A stretch of 18,291 nt of DNA from an uncultured Acidobacteriota bacterium (GTDB lineage Bacteria > Acidobacteriota > UBA6911). Of the stretch, positions 7,629 to 15,808 are shown one piece after another; position 1 is the stretch's first letter, and every line of letters begins with the position of its first letter. Under the pieces are notes generated by a model that made no database searches, had not been told where the DNA came from, and saw only the letters and a program-made list of their open reading frames with translations. Position numbers and translations under genes: made by a program. The DNA is taken from contig CAWJKZ010000001.1 in assembly GCA_963843575.1 (NCBI GenBank), positions 1 through 18,291 on the forward strand, written 5' to 3'.

Positions 7629-10175
7629 TCAGCGTGCGGAGAGGTATTCAGCAGCCCGCACGCCGACGGACGCCCCGGAAGCGCCGGCGAGATATGCGCG
7701 GGGAAGTGCGTAGGCGGCGAGGGTGTCGGAAACCGTGTTGCTGAAGTAACCGCCGCCGCCGGCGGCCACGACGACGAACTGCCGGCCCTTTGCCATAAAG
7801 GTCGCGGGGGTCGCGTGGCCGCTCGCTTCCAGTCGTGCGGCCCACAGTTCCCTGCCCGTCGCCGAATCGAACGCGCGGAAGCGGCCGTCGTTGGTGCCGG
7901 CGATGAAGATGAGTCCTCCCGCGGTCGCTATGCTCCCACCGATGTTGGAAGTGCCCGTCGGCGGGATGCCTTTAGCGACGAGGCTGTCAACCACCCCCAG
8001 CGGCACCCTCCACGCGATCTCGCCGGTATTCAGATCGATCGCATTGAGCGTGCCCCACGGCGGTGCCGCGCACGGGATGTGCGTTTCCGGATCCCAGAAC
8101 CGGGCATACTCGCCCCAGGGGCTCGACCGCCGGAAACGGCGGGACGGGTCGGGCTGCATGGCCCCTATGGCGCCGGTCTCGTTGACGTTCACAAACAGGT
8201 ATCGGCTGCCGGGATCGAACGACGCGCCCGACCAGGTGGCCCCCCCGAGGGTTCCAGGCATCACCAGCGTGAGTTCCTGACCATACGGCGTAAAAATCGA
8301 ACCTCCCTTGAGCCGCGTGAAGATCTCCCGGCAACGGTTTCCGAGCTCGTCGGTCACCTCGTTCAGCTGATCCCCCGTGATCGAGGTCCTGGCGAGGGCC
8401 GGCGGCTTGACCGGGACCGGCTGCGTGGGCCAGGCAGATTCCCCGGGCACGTCCGATGGCGGGGCTGGCCGCTCTTCAACCGGGAAGAGAGGCTTCCCGG
8501 TGAGCCGGTCGAGCACGAACGCAAAACCCATCTTGGTGACCTGGACGACGGCAGGGATGGTCTTCCCGTCGCGCACGATCTCCACGAGGACCGGCTGAGC
8601 GGGCAGATCGTAGTCCCAGACATCGTGATGGACCATCTGGTAATACCACCGCATCCTGCCCGTGGCCGCGTCGAGCGCGACGAGGCAGTTGGCGTACAGG
8701 TTCTGCCCCTTGCGGTCCCCGCCGTAGAAGTCATAGGCCGGCGATCCCACCGGGAGAAACAGGATTCCGCGCTCCGTGTCGACACTCATGATGGACCAAA
8801 CGTTCGCGCCCGTCCTGTTCTTCCAGGAATCCCCGTCCCAGGTTTCGTGCCCGGGCTGGCCTGGCGGCGGAATTGTTTCAAAGCTCCACTCCAGCCTGCC
8901 GGTCCGCACGTCGAAAGCCCGGACGACGCCGCTCGGCCCCAGTGCAGGGCCTTCGGGCACGAGGGCGCCGGTGATGACGAGATCCCGGTAGATAGCCGGC
9001 GGCGACGTGACCGCGTATTCCGACTCGGGCCAGCGATCGGCCGCACCCTTGCGCAGGTCGACCGCACCGTGGTCGCCGAACCGGGGATCGGGCCTGCCTG
9101 TGGCGGCGTCGAGCGACATCAACCGCCCGTCGCCCGTGCCGAAGAGGATGCGCCGTTCGCCGCCCCGCTCCTGCCGCCAGTAGGAAACGCCGCGGTGCTG
9201 CGTGAAGGTCCTGTCGCCGACCCTGCCCGCCTGCGTGTCGAAGCGCCAGATCTCCTGCCCCGACTCGGCGTCGAGGGCAACGATCCGTCCGCCCGGGGTC
9301 GAAAAGTACAGCACGCCGGCCACGACGAGCGGCGTCGATTCGAACGCAACCTTCCGGGGGTTGTCCGATTCGCCCGTGTGATAGGTCCAAGCCCGCTCTA
9401 GCCGGGCTACGTTGCCCGTGTTGATCTGCTGCAGCGGCGAAAAACGCGCGCCCCCGGCGTCGTGTCCGTAGGCGCCCCACTCCTGGTCCTGCCGGATTCC
9501 CGGTGACCCCTGGCTGCCCGCAACCTTGCCCGGACTCACCCGGTAGATCCGGAAGAAGTTACCCGGGACCGTGTCGAACTCCGCGGCCTTCGTGTAGCCT
9601 GCGGCCGCCGTCCAGCGATCCAGGTCCGCGAGCTCGAACCTCATGGATTCGTGCCCCGCCGGCCAGTCTTCCTTGAAATCGATGATGGCAACCCTCCCGC
9701 CGGGTTTCATGCACGACCGGAGATTTGCCAGGTACTCCTGCCGGCTCCCGATGTGGTGGAGGGTATCGCAGATCAGCGCCACGTCGAGGGAGGCGGGCGC
9801 GAGGCCGGGAGCCTCCTCCGGGGCGAGCACGGTCGTGATGTTTGAAATGGACGCAGCCTTCGCGGTCCTCTGAACGTGCTTGAGAAGGTCCGCGTCGATG
9901 TCGACGGCGTACACGTGCCCGCCCGGCTGGACGGCCTGGGCCAGCGGGCGTGTAAAGAGGCCTGACCCCGACCCGATGTCCGCCACGACGTAGCCGGGCT
10001 TCAGGTCCAGCTTCCGGATGATCTCGGCCGGGTTCAGCCGCTCGATCCGGTGCGGGTCCTCCAGGATCTTGATGTACTGCTCGGCCTGCGGCTGATGGTA
10101 CGGCTGCTGCGCTGCGGTGACGGTGGCAATGAAAGACAGAGTCAGGCTCAGGAGCAAGATGCGGCGGCTTGCCAT
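7629..10175 (-). CDS. Fusion of signal peptide + class I SAM-dependent methyltransferase + PQQ-dependent (glucose/quinate-type) dehydrogenase, 848 aa
   Basis: Likely start ATG 10175 after GGAGA (MASRRILLLSLTLSFIATVTAA). Methyltransferase motifs VVADIGSGSG, VYAVDID, LKPG/MKPGGRVAIIDF. PQQ-DH motifs WGAYGHDAGGARFSPLQQIN, FESTPLVV, HHDVWDYDLPAQP, APPWGTLNAIDLNTGEIAW. Confidence 0.9.
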   Translation of the reverse strand: MASRRILLLSLTLSFIATVTAAQQPYHQPQAEQYIKILEDPHRIERLNPAEIIRKLDLKPGYVVADIGSGSGLFTRPLAQAVQPGGHVYAVDIDADLLKHVQRTAKAASISNITTVLAPEEAPGLAPASLDVALICDTLHHIGSRQEYLANLRSCMKPGGRVAIIDFKEDWPAGHESMRFELADLDRWTAAAGYTKAAEFDTVPGNFFRIYRVSPGKVAGSQGSPGIRQDQEWGAYGHDAGGARFSPLQQINTGNVARLERAWTYHTGESDNPRKVAFESTPLVVAGVLYFSTPGGRIVALDAESGQEIWRFDTQAGRVGDRTFTQHRGVSYWRQERGGERRILFGTGDGRLMSLDAATGRPDPRFGDHGAVDLRKGAADRWPESEYAVTSPPAIYRDLVITGALVPEGPALGPSGVVRAFDVRTGRLEWSFETIPPPGQPGHETWDGDSWKNRTGANVWSIMSVDTERGILFLPVGSPAYDFYGGDRKGQNLYANCLVALDAATGRMRWYYQMVHHDVWDYDLPAQPVLVEIVRDGKTIPAVVQVTKMGFAFVLDRLTGKPLFPVEERPAPPSDVPGESAWPTQPVPVKPPALARTSITGDQLNEVTDELGNRCREIFTRLKGGSIFTPYGQELTLVMPGTLGGATWSGASFDPGSRYLFVNVNETGAIGAMQPDPSRRFRRSSPWGEYARFWDPETHIPCAAPPWGTLNAIDLNTGEIAWRVPLGVVDSLVAKGIPPTGTSNIGGSIATAGGLIFIAGTNDGRFRAFDSATGRELWAARLEASGHATPATFMAKGRQFVVVAAGGGGYFSNTVSDTLAAYALPRAYLAGASGASVGVRAAEYLSAR

Positions 10176-10360
10176 GGATTCTCCGATTCCGTTGCTGGGG
10201 CTGGGGGGTACCCGAGTGACCGGATTAAATGTAGCATATCCGGCCGGAATGGCGGTGACGACCACGGCTGCCGGATAAGCCGGGTGGATCGGCGACGATC
10301 CGCGTCCGTGAGCAGGACGCAGAACAACACGGGCGATGAAAAACAAAAGCCAAAACAGAA

Positions 10361-10449
10361 CGCAGATTCCGCGGATCCAACGGATTCACGCGGATCGACC
10401 GCGGCCTGTCGCCAGGTCGATCTGTGGGGATCCGTGCGCATCCGCGTCC
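10361..10449. repeat. REP-like imperfect inverted repeat built from C(G/A)GAT units spaced 9-10 bp apart
   Basis: Left arm CGCGGATCCAACGGATTCACGCGGATCGACC (10370-10400) pairs with GGTCGATCTGTGGGGATCCGTGCGCATCCGCG (10415-10446). Confidence 0.65.
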
Positions 10450-10495
10450 TGACAAATACGTTGGCCCATTTCACCAGGCTCAACCTGCACGAACT

Positions 10496-10876
10496 TCAGT
10501 CGCCGCCCCAAGGGTGGTCTATGACGTACCGCCATGACCCGTCGGGCTGGCGCTTCAGAACCTCGATACTGCTGCCCCCGACCGATTCGGTCGCGCCGGT
10601 CGGCCCGGTACTGGTCAGCTTCCACTGCCCGCGCGCTAGCGCGATGTCGCCCGACACGAACAGATAGGTGTGCTCGAACTCCATCACCGGATGACTGGCC
10701 AGGAATCCCGCGAGGGTTTCCCGGAGCGCGGCGGCGCCGGTCACGGGTGCCGCGGCACCGGCGCCGCTGACGAAAACCGCGTTGGGGGCGTAAAAATCAG
10801 CGACGGCATCGAGATCGCCGGCGTTGACCGCCCTGGCGAATTCCGAACATACCTTTTCGAGATCAGACGCTGCCAT
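10496..10876 (-). CDS. SnoaL/NTF2-like (YybH/DUF4440-type) protein
   Basis: FARAVNAGDLDAVADFYAPNA, SGDIAL...W, and EVLKRQPDGSWRYVIDHPW. Strong RBS GAGGAGG. Confidence 0.9.
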   Translation of the reverse strand: MAASDLEKVCSEFARAVNAGDLDAVADFYAPNAVFVSGAGAAAPVTGAAALRETLAGFLASHPVMEFEHTYLFVSGDIALARGQWKLTSTGPTGATESVGGSSIEVLKRQPDGSWRYVIDHPWGGD

Positions 10877-10923
10877 AGTCCTCCTCTTTAGATATAGGAA
10901 ATTACTTTCAACTCGCTCGCATG

Positions 10924-10951
10924 ATATTACCCCGGCTCCTATTTATGTCAA
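10924..10951 (-). promoter_or_regulatory. Putative sigma-70 promoter for the SnoaL-like gene
   Basis: Minus strand TTGACA (10951-10946), 16-bp spacer, TAATAT (10929-10924), about 50 bp upstream of the ATG. Confidence 0.5.
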
Positions 10952-11179
10952 CCGTCTGCCGGGCACCGATTGACAAAACAGAATGCCATCATGGATCGTC
11001 GGGTCGAGTAGGCCGGTACCTCTCGGGGCTACAGGACGAGCTTTGTCTTCTCCGTTTGCCGCCTGGTTTCCCGGCGGTGCCACAATATTTCGTCCATACA
11101 CCGATGGCGTCCGGCCCCTCCTGGAACCGTGCGTGGAATCCGTGGCTGGCTTTCGGGCAGGCTGCCTGCGGGCAGGTTC

Positions 11180-11563
11180 TCAGTCCGGCGAAAAGAAGCG
11201 GATCGTCTTCATCGGATAGTGTTTTCGGTTGAGGGTCCAGAGCGGCATGCCGTGAATCTCAGCGGAGGCAGCGATCAGGGCATCCGCCAACTCCACGCCA
11301 TGTGACCGCGAGTAGGTGTGCAGATAGGCGCCTGCCCTCTTGCCGATCTCGGGTGTGAGATTCAGAGCGCCGAGCACAAGAAACAGGGTCTCCACCTGCT
11401 TCTCCTCAGCGTGGCGCACGCCGGCAAAGATCTCCGCAACCGACACCGGCGTCCAGAGCAGCGAGTCACCGTGCGCGAGCAGGTTCACCACGGCCGCGGA
11501 GACTGAAGGCGATCCTCTGAGCCAGTGAATGATGACGTCGGAATCCAGGAGGATCTCAGCCAT
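11180..11563 (-). CDS. vapC: PIN-domain toxin of a type II TA system
   Basis: PIN acidic motifs ILLDSDVII, SVAEIFAG, ADALIAASA, TLNRKHY. Overlaps the upstream antitoxin by 8 bp. Confidence 0.93.
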   Translation of the reverse strand: MAEILLDSDVIIHWLRGSPSVSAAVVNLLAHGDSLLWTPVSVAEIFAGVRHAEEKQVETLFLVLGALNLTPEIGKRAGAYLHTYSRSHGVELADALIAASAEIHGMPLWTLNRKHYPMKTIRFFSPD

Positions 11564-11816
11564 CGTCGCGCCCCTTCAACCGCCTGCCCCTGCGCAGCCG
11601 CCTTACGACGGCATCAATCCGGGCGAGATCCTTTCGCCCGGCCCAGATTCCGGTGAGCTTTTTGGCGAGCTCGGCACGGTCCAGCTCGGTCCCGGCCCCA
11701 TACTTCTCCCGGATGGACTCCCGCACAAGCTCGGAAATGGTGGCTCCCTTTTGGCGACTCAGCGCGGCCAGCTTCTTTGCCACAGCCTCGTCGAGGTACA
11801 GCTGCGTTCGCCTCAT
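11556..11816 (-). CDS. vapB: Ribbon-helix-helix (CopG-like) antitoxin
   Basis: MRRTQLYLDE...LAALSRQKGATISELVRESI is an RHH pattern. 86 aa, directly upstream of the PIN toxin. Confidence 0.88.
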   Translation of the reverse strand: MRRTQLYLDEAVAKKLAALSRQKGATISELVRESIREKYGAGTELDRAELAKKLTGIWAGRKDLARIDAVVRRLRRGRRLKGRDDG

Positions 11817-11839
11817 AGTGATGTATATTATACATCACT
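11817..11839 (-). promoter_or_regulatory. vapBC operator palindrome overlapping the -10 box
   Basis: Perfect 11-bp IR AGTGATGTATA-T-TATACATCACT abutting the antitoxin ATG. It contains minus-strand TATAAT (11832-11827). Confidence 0.8.
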
Positions 11840-12094
11840 GTCCGATTCGGCGATTGGGTTTGTAGTCGTAGTCGCCAGGAAGGTCGACGAGATCGACCGT
11901 GACTTCGCGCCCACGGCAGCCGTCGATGCGGAGGTAGTACCAGTTAGCCTGGCGGTTCCGTCCATCCTGATCGGACTGGCCCGCCACGCCGCAGCGGAAG
12001 TGGCCAGGCGCGACCTGTTCGACGCGGCCCAGGCGGCCTCCTTCGAAGTCCGTGTGAATCGTGATGGCGGCAACCACACGAAAACGGGCAGCAT
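11835..12094 (-). pseudogene. 5' fragment of a secreted M14-family zinc carboxypeptidase (N-terminal domain only)
   Basis: AITIHTDFEGGRLGRVEQ...NWYYLRIDG...EVTVDL fits the DFEGG...W(Y/F)YF N-terminal domain of M14 carboxypeptidases. A short signal-like MLPVFVWL from ATG 12094 needs one frameshift near 12070. No catalytic domain follows. Confidence 0.7.
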
Positions 12095-12213
12095 GAGCGT
12101 GAATCCAGCACGCTGGGCGACGCGGATCTGCACATTTCGGCATCGGCTGAGACCCCGGGCAATCCGAGAAATCCGTGGCTGCGGTTTTGCCGCCGTACTA
12201 TGATCTCGCGGAA

Positions 12214-12621
12214 ATGCACCCGCACATCCACGTCACATGCGCGATCATCCGGCGCTCCGGCCGCATCCTCGCCGCCCGGAGGAGCGCGGCGATGGCCATG
12301 CCGCTCAAGTGGGAGTTTCCCGGCGGCAAGATCCACCCCGGCGAATCGGCGGAAGACTGCCTGCGCCGCGAGCTGCTCGAAGAGCTTGGGATAGTCGCGA
12401 GTGTCGGTCGTGCGCTGCCTGCGTCCACCCACCGTTACCCGGCCTTCACGATCACGCTTTACCCTTTCCTCTGCGCCGTCGAATCCGGGGAACTGGTCCC
12501 GCGCGAGCACGAGCAGATCGCGTGGCTGAATCCTGGTGACCTGCCCCGTCTCGACTGGGCTGAAGCCGACCGCCCGATCGTCGACGCGCTGCTGGCGATA
12601 CCGTTCGAGGACGACGAATGA
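12214..12621 (+). CDS. MutT/NudG-like Nudix (d)NTP pyrophosphohydrolase
   Basis: Nudix box WEFPGGKIHPGESAEDCLRRELLEELG and C-terminal LDWAEAD. ATGA overlap with the next gene. Confidence 0.93.
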   Translation: MHPHIHVTCAIIRRSGRILAARRSAAMAMPLKWEFPGGKIHPGESAEDCLRRELLEELGIVASVGRALPASTHRYPAFTITLYPFLCAVESGELVPREHEQIAWLNPGDLPRLDWAEADRPIVDALLAIPFEDDE

Positions 12622-15600
12622 CCCGCCCTCTGCATTACGGGATTTACGAAGCCCTGCTCGACCGCGATCTGAAGGAGGCGCTGGACCGCCACCCCGAGCT
12701 CCGGTCCGTGCTGGGAAAGATCGATTTCGAGGAGCAGCCGGCGCGCTATGCCGCTTTCCTGGCCGCGGTCATCGAGCAGGCGCTGCGCCACGAAACGGAT
12801 CCGGCTTCCCGGCTGGCGTTCTGCAACCGTCTCATCGAGATCATCGCCCGCCTGCCCGAGCGAGGGCACATCGAGCGGAAAACCCTGGTAGACGCCGAGA
12901 AACCGCTGCTCCTCGAGATCACTCCACCAAACTACGCCGCCTCGGGCCTGCCCCGCCCCGATTCTCCGCTGACCGAAACGAGCCTGTTTACGGGTTCCCC
13001 GAGCGAACCTCAGCTCGCCCACGAGCTGCAGGCGGAGATGCTCTCGGCCGACGCGGTGGACATACTCGTGGCGTTCATCAAGTGGTCCGGCCTGCGGCTT
13101 CTAATGAAAGCGTTTGATGATTTGCGCAACCGGGACATCCCGGTCCGGGTGATCACGACGGCCTACATGGGCGCCTCGGACGCGGCCGCGGTGGAGTGGC
13201 TTGCAGGGCAGCCCAACGTCGAAGTCCGGGTGTCCTACGACACGGAGCGAACCCGTCTGCACGCCAAGGCCTATCATTTCAAGCGCCTGTCGGGATTTTC
13301 GACCGCGTATATCGGTTCCGCCAACATGTCTCACGCGGCCATCACCAGCGGCCTGGAATGGAACCTGAAGGTCACATCCCAGGACATGGCGCACATCCTG
13401 GAGAAATTCGCCGCGGAGTTCGAGACGTACTGGAACAGCCGCGAATTCATTCCCTTCGACCCGGCTCGTCCGCAGCGGTTCCGGGATGCGATCGACCGGG
13501 CCCGCAACACAGGCGCCAAGGCGCCGACGGTGTTTTTCGATCTCGCGCCGCACCCATTCCAGGAGCGGATCCTGGAAGCTCTCGACCGCGAACGGAAAAT
13601 CCACGACCGCTGGCGCAACCTGGTCATCGCCGCCACCGGCACGGGCAAGACCGTCGTTGCCGCATTCGATTTCAAACGCTTCTACGAAGGCCGGGGCCGG
13701 CAGGCCCGCCTGCTCTTCGTGGCGCACCGGCAGGAGATCCTGGAGCAGTCCATCGCGACCTTCAGGAATGTTCTGCGCGACGGTACCTTCGGCGAGCTCT
13801 GGGTCGGCGCGCACGAGGCAAACCGGCTCGAGCATCTCTTCTGTTCTGTGCGGATGCTGGTGAACGCAGGCCTGTGGGAGAAGGTCGGCTGCGATTTTTA
13901 TGATTTCATCATCATCGACGAAGCCCACCACGGGACTGCGGACAGCTATCGCCCGATCTTCGAGCACTTTTCCCCCACGATCCTGCTGGGCCTGACCGCG
14001 ACTCCCGAAAGGATGGACGGCAAGAGTGTCGCCGCGGACTTCGGCAACCGTTTCGCCGCGGAGATACGCCTGCCCGAGGCGCTGGAGGAAAAGCTGCTCT
14101 GCCCGTTTCATTACTTTGGCGTCGCCGACCCGGTACACCTCGATCAAGACAGGTTCTGGCGCAATGGCAAGTATGACCTGGGTGAACTGGAGAACGTGTA
14201 CACGGGCACGGATGTCGTCGCGCGGCAGCGCGTCGATGCCGTAAGTGAAGCGCTTCGCCGTTATGAGCCCGATCTGACCACGGTAAAGGGCATCGGCTTT
14301 TGCGTCACCATCAATCACGCCCGCTACATGGCACAAATGTTCAACGATCAGGGAATTCCGTCGGCCGCCCTTGTTTCCGGCGTGGAGGAAGGCGACCGCG
14401 CCGCCATGCTCTCGGACTTCAGAGCCGGAAAGCTGACTTTCCTGTTCACCGTCGATGTCTTGAACGAAGGGCTGGACGTTCCGGAAATGAACACTGTCTT
14501 GTTCCTGCGCCCGACGGACAGCCTGACGGTCTTTCTGCAGCAGCTGGGACGGGGATTGCGCCATGCTCCGGGCAAGGACTGCCTGACCGTACTCGATTTT
14601 GTCGGCCGTGCGCACCGGCGCTACCGCATCGACAGCAAGCTCAAGGCGCTTCTCCCACGCCACCGGCTTTCGATCGACCGCGAGGTGGAATCTGATTTCC
14701 CGCATCTTCCCGCCGGCTGCTCCATTCAGCTGGACAAGCTGTCGCGCGAGTACGTGCTCGACAACATCCGCGCGAACCTCCGCAACCTCGCCATCCAGGT
14801 TCCCGAACGCCTGCAGACGTTCGAGAGTGAGACCAAGCAGCCACTGAACTTCGCGAATTTCGTGACCTACCATGATTACGAACCTGAGCTTCTGCTTGTG
14901 AAGGAGACATGGACGGGCTGGAAGGCGAAGGCCCGGTTGTCTCCACCTCCCACGGATCCCGACATGAACCGGCTGAAACAGGCCCTGGTCAGGGCCGCAT
15001 TCATGTCAGGTCCGAGGGAGATCCAGTCGCTCCGTCACGCACTGGAGCATCTGCGCGCGGACGATGTGCCCGCCGCACTCGAAGCCGTCGGCGAAGCGGC
15101 GATGCTGGCCCATTACCGGATCTGGGGCAAGCCCGGTAGATATGCTCGGGATCGGGAGCATGGAGGATTCCTTCCGGCGCCTGTGTCAGAATCCGTCGAT
15201 TCTGGACGACCTCCTCGAAATCCTCGAATGGGCCGGCTCGGAGACAACCGTCAGCCGATGAACCTGTGGAACTGCCCTTCGCCTGTCCCCTCGAACTTCA
15301 CGCTCAATACGGAATCCGCGACATCCAGGCGGCGTTCGGCCGGGCCACGCTGGAGACTGCGGGCAGACCGGCGTCGGCGTGCTCCATTTCCCCTCGATCC
15401 GCACGTATGCGCTGCTGATCACGTACCAGAAGACGGAGCGGGAGTTCTCCCCGAGCACGATGTACGCCGACTACCCGATCAGCCGAGATCTCCTCCACTG
15501 GGAGTCGCAATCCAACACAACGAGGGAATCAGAAACCGGCCTGAACCTACGGAGCATGCGGCGCGCGGCTACACGATTCTAATCTTCGCCCGGGATCGTA

Positions 15601-15749
15601 AGAAGCGGAACGGCTGCACGGCTCCCTTTACATATCTCGGCAACGCCGATCGAGTGAGCGATGAGAGCGAAAGGCCAATAAAAGTGGTGTGGCGGCTCCG
15701 CCACCCAATGCCGGTCGACATGTTCGAAATAAACCGCAGAGGCGGCTAA
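12618..15749 (+). CDS. PLD-nuclease / SF2 helicase / DUF3427 protein (SauUSI-like type IV restriction enzyme candidate), with compensating frameshifts near the 3' end
   Basis: PLD motif LHAKAY...IGSANMS...LEWN, Walker A ATGTGKT, DEAHH, TATP and QQLGRGLR. The DUF3427-like C-terminus (FSPSTMYADYPISRDLLHWESQS) is in an alternative frame between about 15138 and 15550. Confidence 0.9.
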   Translation: MTRPLHYGIYEALLDRDLKEALDRHPELRSVLGKIDFEEQPARYAAFLAAVIEQALRHETDPASRLAFCNRLIEIIARLPERGHIERKTLVDAEKPLLLEITPPNYAASGLPRPDSPLTETSLFTGSPSEPQLAHELQAEMLSADAVDILVAFIKWSGLRLLMKAFDDLRNRDIPVRVITTAYMGASDAAAVEWLAGQPNVEVRVSYDTERTRLHAKAYHFKRLSGFSTAYIGSANMSHAAITSGLEWNLKVTSQDMAHILEKFAAEFETYWNSREFIPFDPARPQRFRDAIDRARNTGAKAPTVFFDLAPHPFQERILEALDRERKIHDRWRNLVIAATGTGKTVVAAFDFKRFYEGRGRQARLLFVAHRQEILEQSIATFRNVLRDGTFGELWVGAHEANRLEHLFCSVRMLVNAGLWEKVGCDFYDFIIIDEAHHGTADSYRPIFEHFSPTILLGLTATPERMDGKSVAADFGNRFAAEIRLPEALEEKLLCPFHYFGVADPVHLDQDRFWRNGKYDLGELENVYTGTDVVARQRVDAVSEALRRYEPDLTTVKGIGFCVTINHARYMAQMFNDQGIPSAALVSGVEEGDRAAMLSDFRAGKLTFLFTVDVLNEGLDVPEMNTVLFLRPTDSLTVFLQQLGRGLRHAPGKDCLTVLDFVGRAHRRYRIDSKLKALLPRHRLSIDREVESDFPHLPAGCSIQLDKLSREYVLDNIRANLRNLAIQVPERLQTFESETKQPLNFANFVTYHDYEPELLLVKETWTGWKAKARLSPPPTDPDMNRLKQALVRAAFMSGPREIQSLRHALEHLRADDVPAALEAVGEAAMLAHYRIWGKPGRYARDREHGGFLPAPVSESVDSGRPPRNPRMGRLGDNRQPMNLWNCPSPVPSNFTLNTESATSRRRSAGPRWRLRADRRRRAPFPLDPHVCAADHVPEDGAGVLPEHDVRRLPDQPRSPPLGVAIQHNEGIRNRPEPTEHAARGYTILIFARDRKKRNGCTAPFTYLGNADRVSDESERPIKVVWRLRHPMPVDMFEINRRGG

Positions 15750-15808
15750 GGGTTCGCGCAAGAATAAGTTCACATTAATTACCTCGACCAGATGAGATTG
15801 CAGCGGTC

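Noticed and set aside
7506-9401. 631-aa plus-strand ORF
   Set aside because: Antisense shadow of the PQQ dehydrogenase.
10176-10346. Upstream start for the 905-aa fusion ORF
   Set aside because: ATG 10175 has an RBS and begins a signal peptide. The extension runs through intergenic repeat-like DNA.
10970-10998. Plus-strand promoter from TTGACA at 10970
   Set aside because: No -10 box at 16-18 bp spacing and no credible downstream plus-strand gene.
13101-14873. 590-aa minus-strand ORF
   Set aside because: Antisense shadow of the helicase gene.
15579-15808. Real ~170-bp antisense overlap of the UvrD-nuclease tail with the DUF3427 gene
   Set aside because: Nuclease-like sequence ends near HLPLAGV. 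An off-frame TAG at 15809-15811 and frequent indels make read-through by error more likely.
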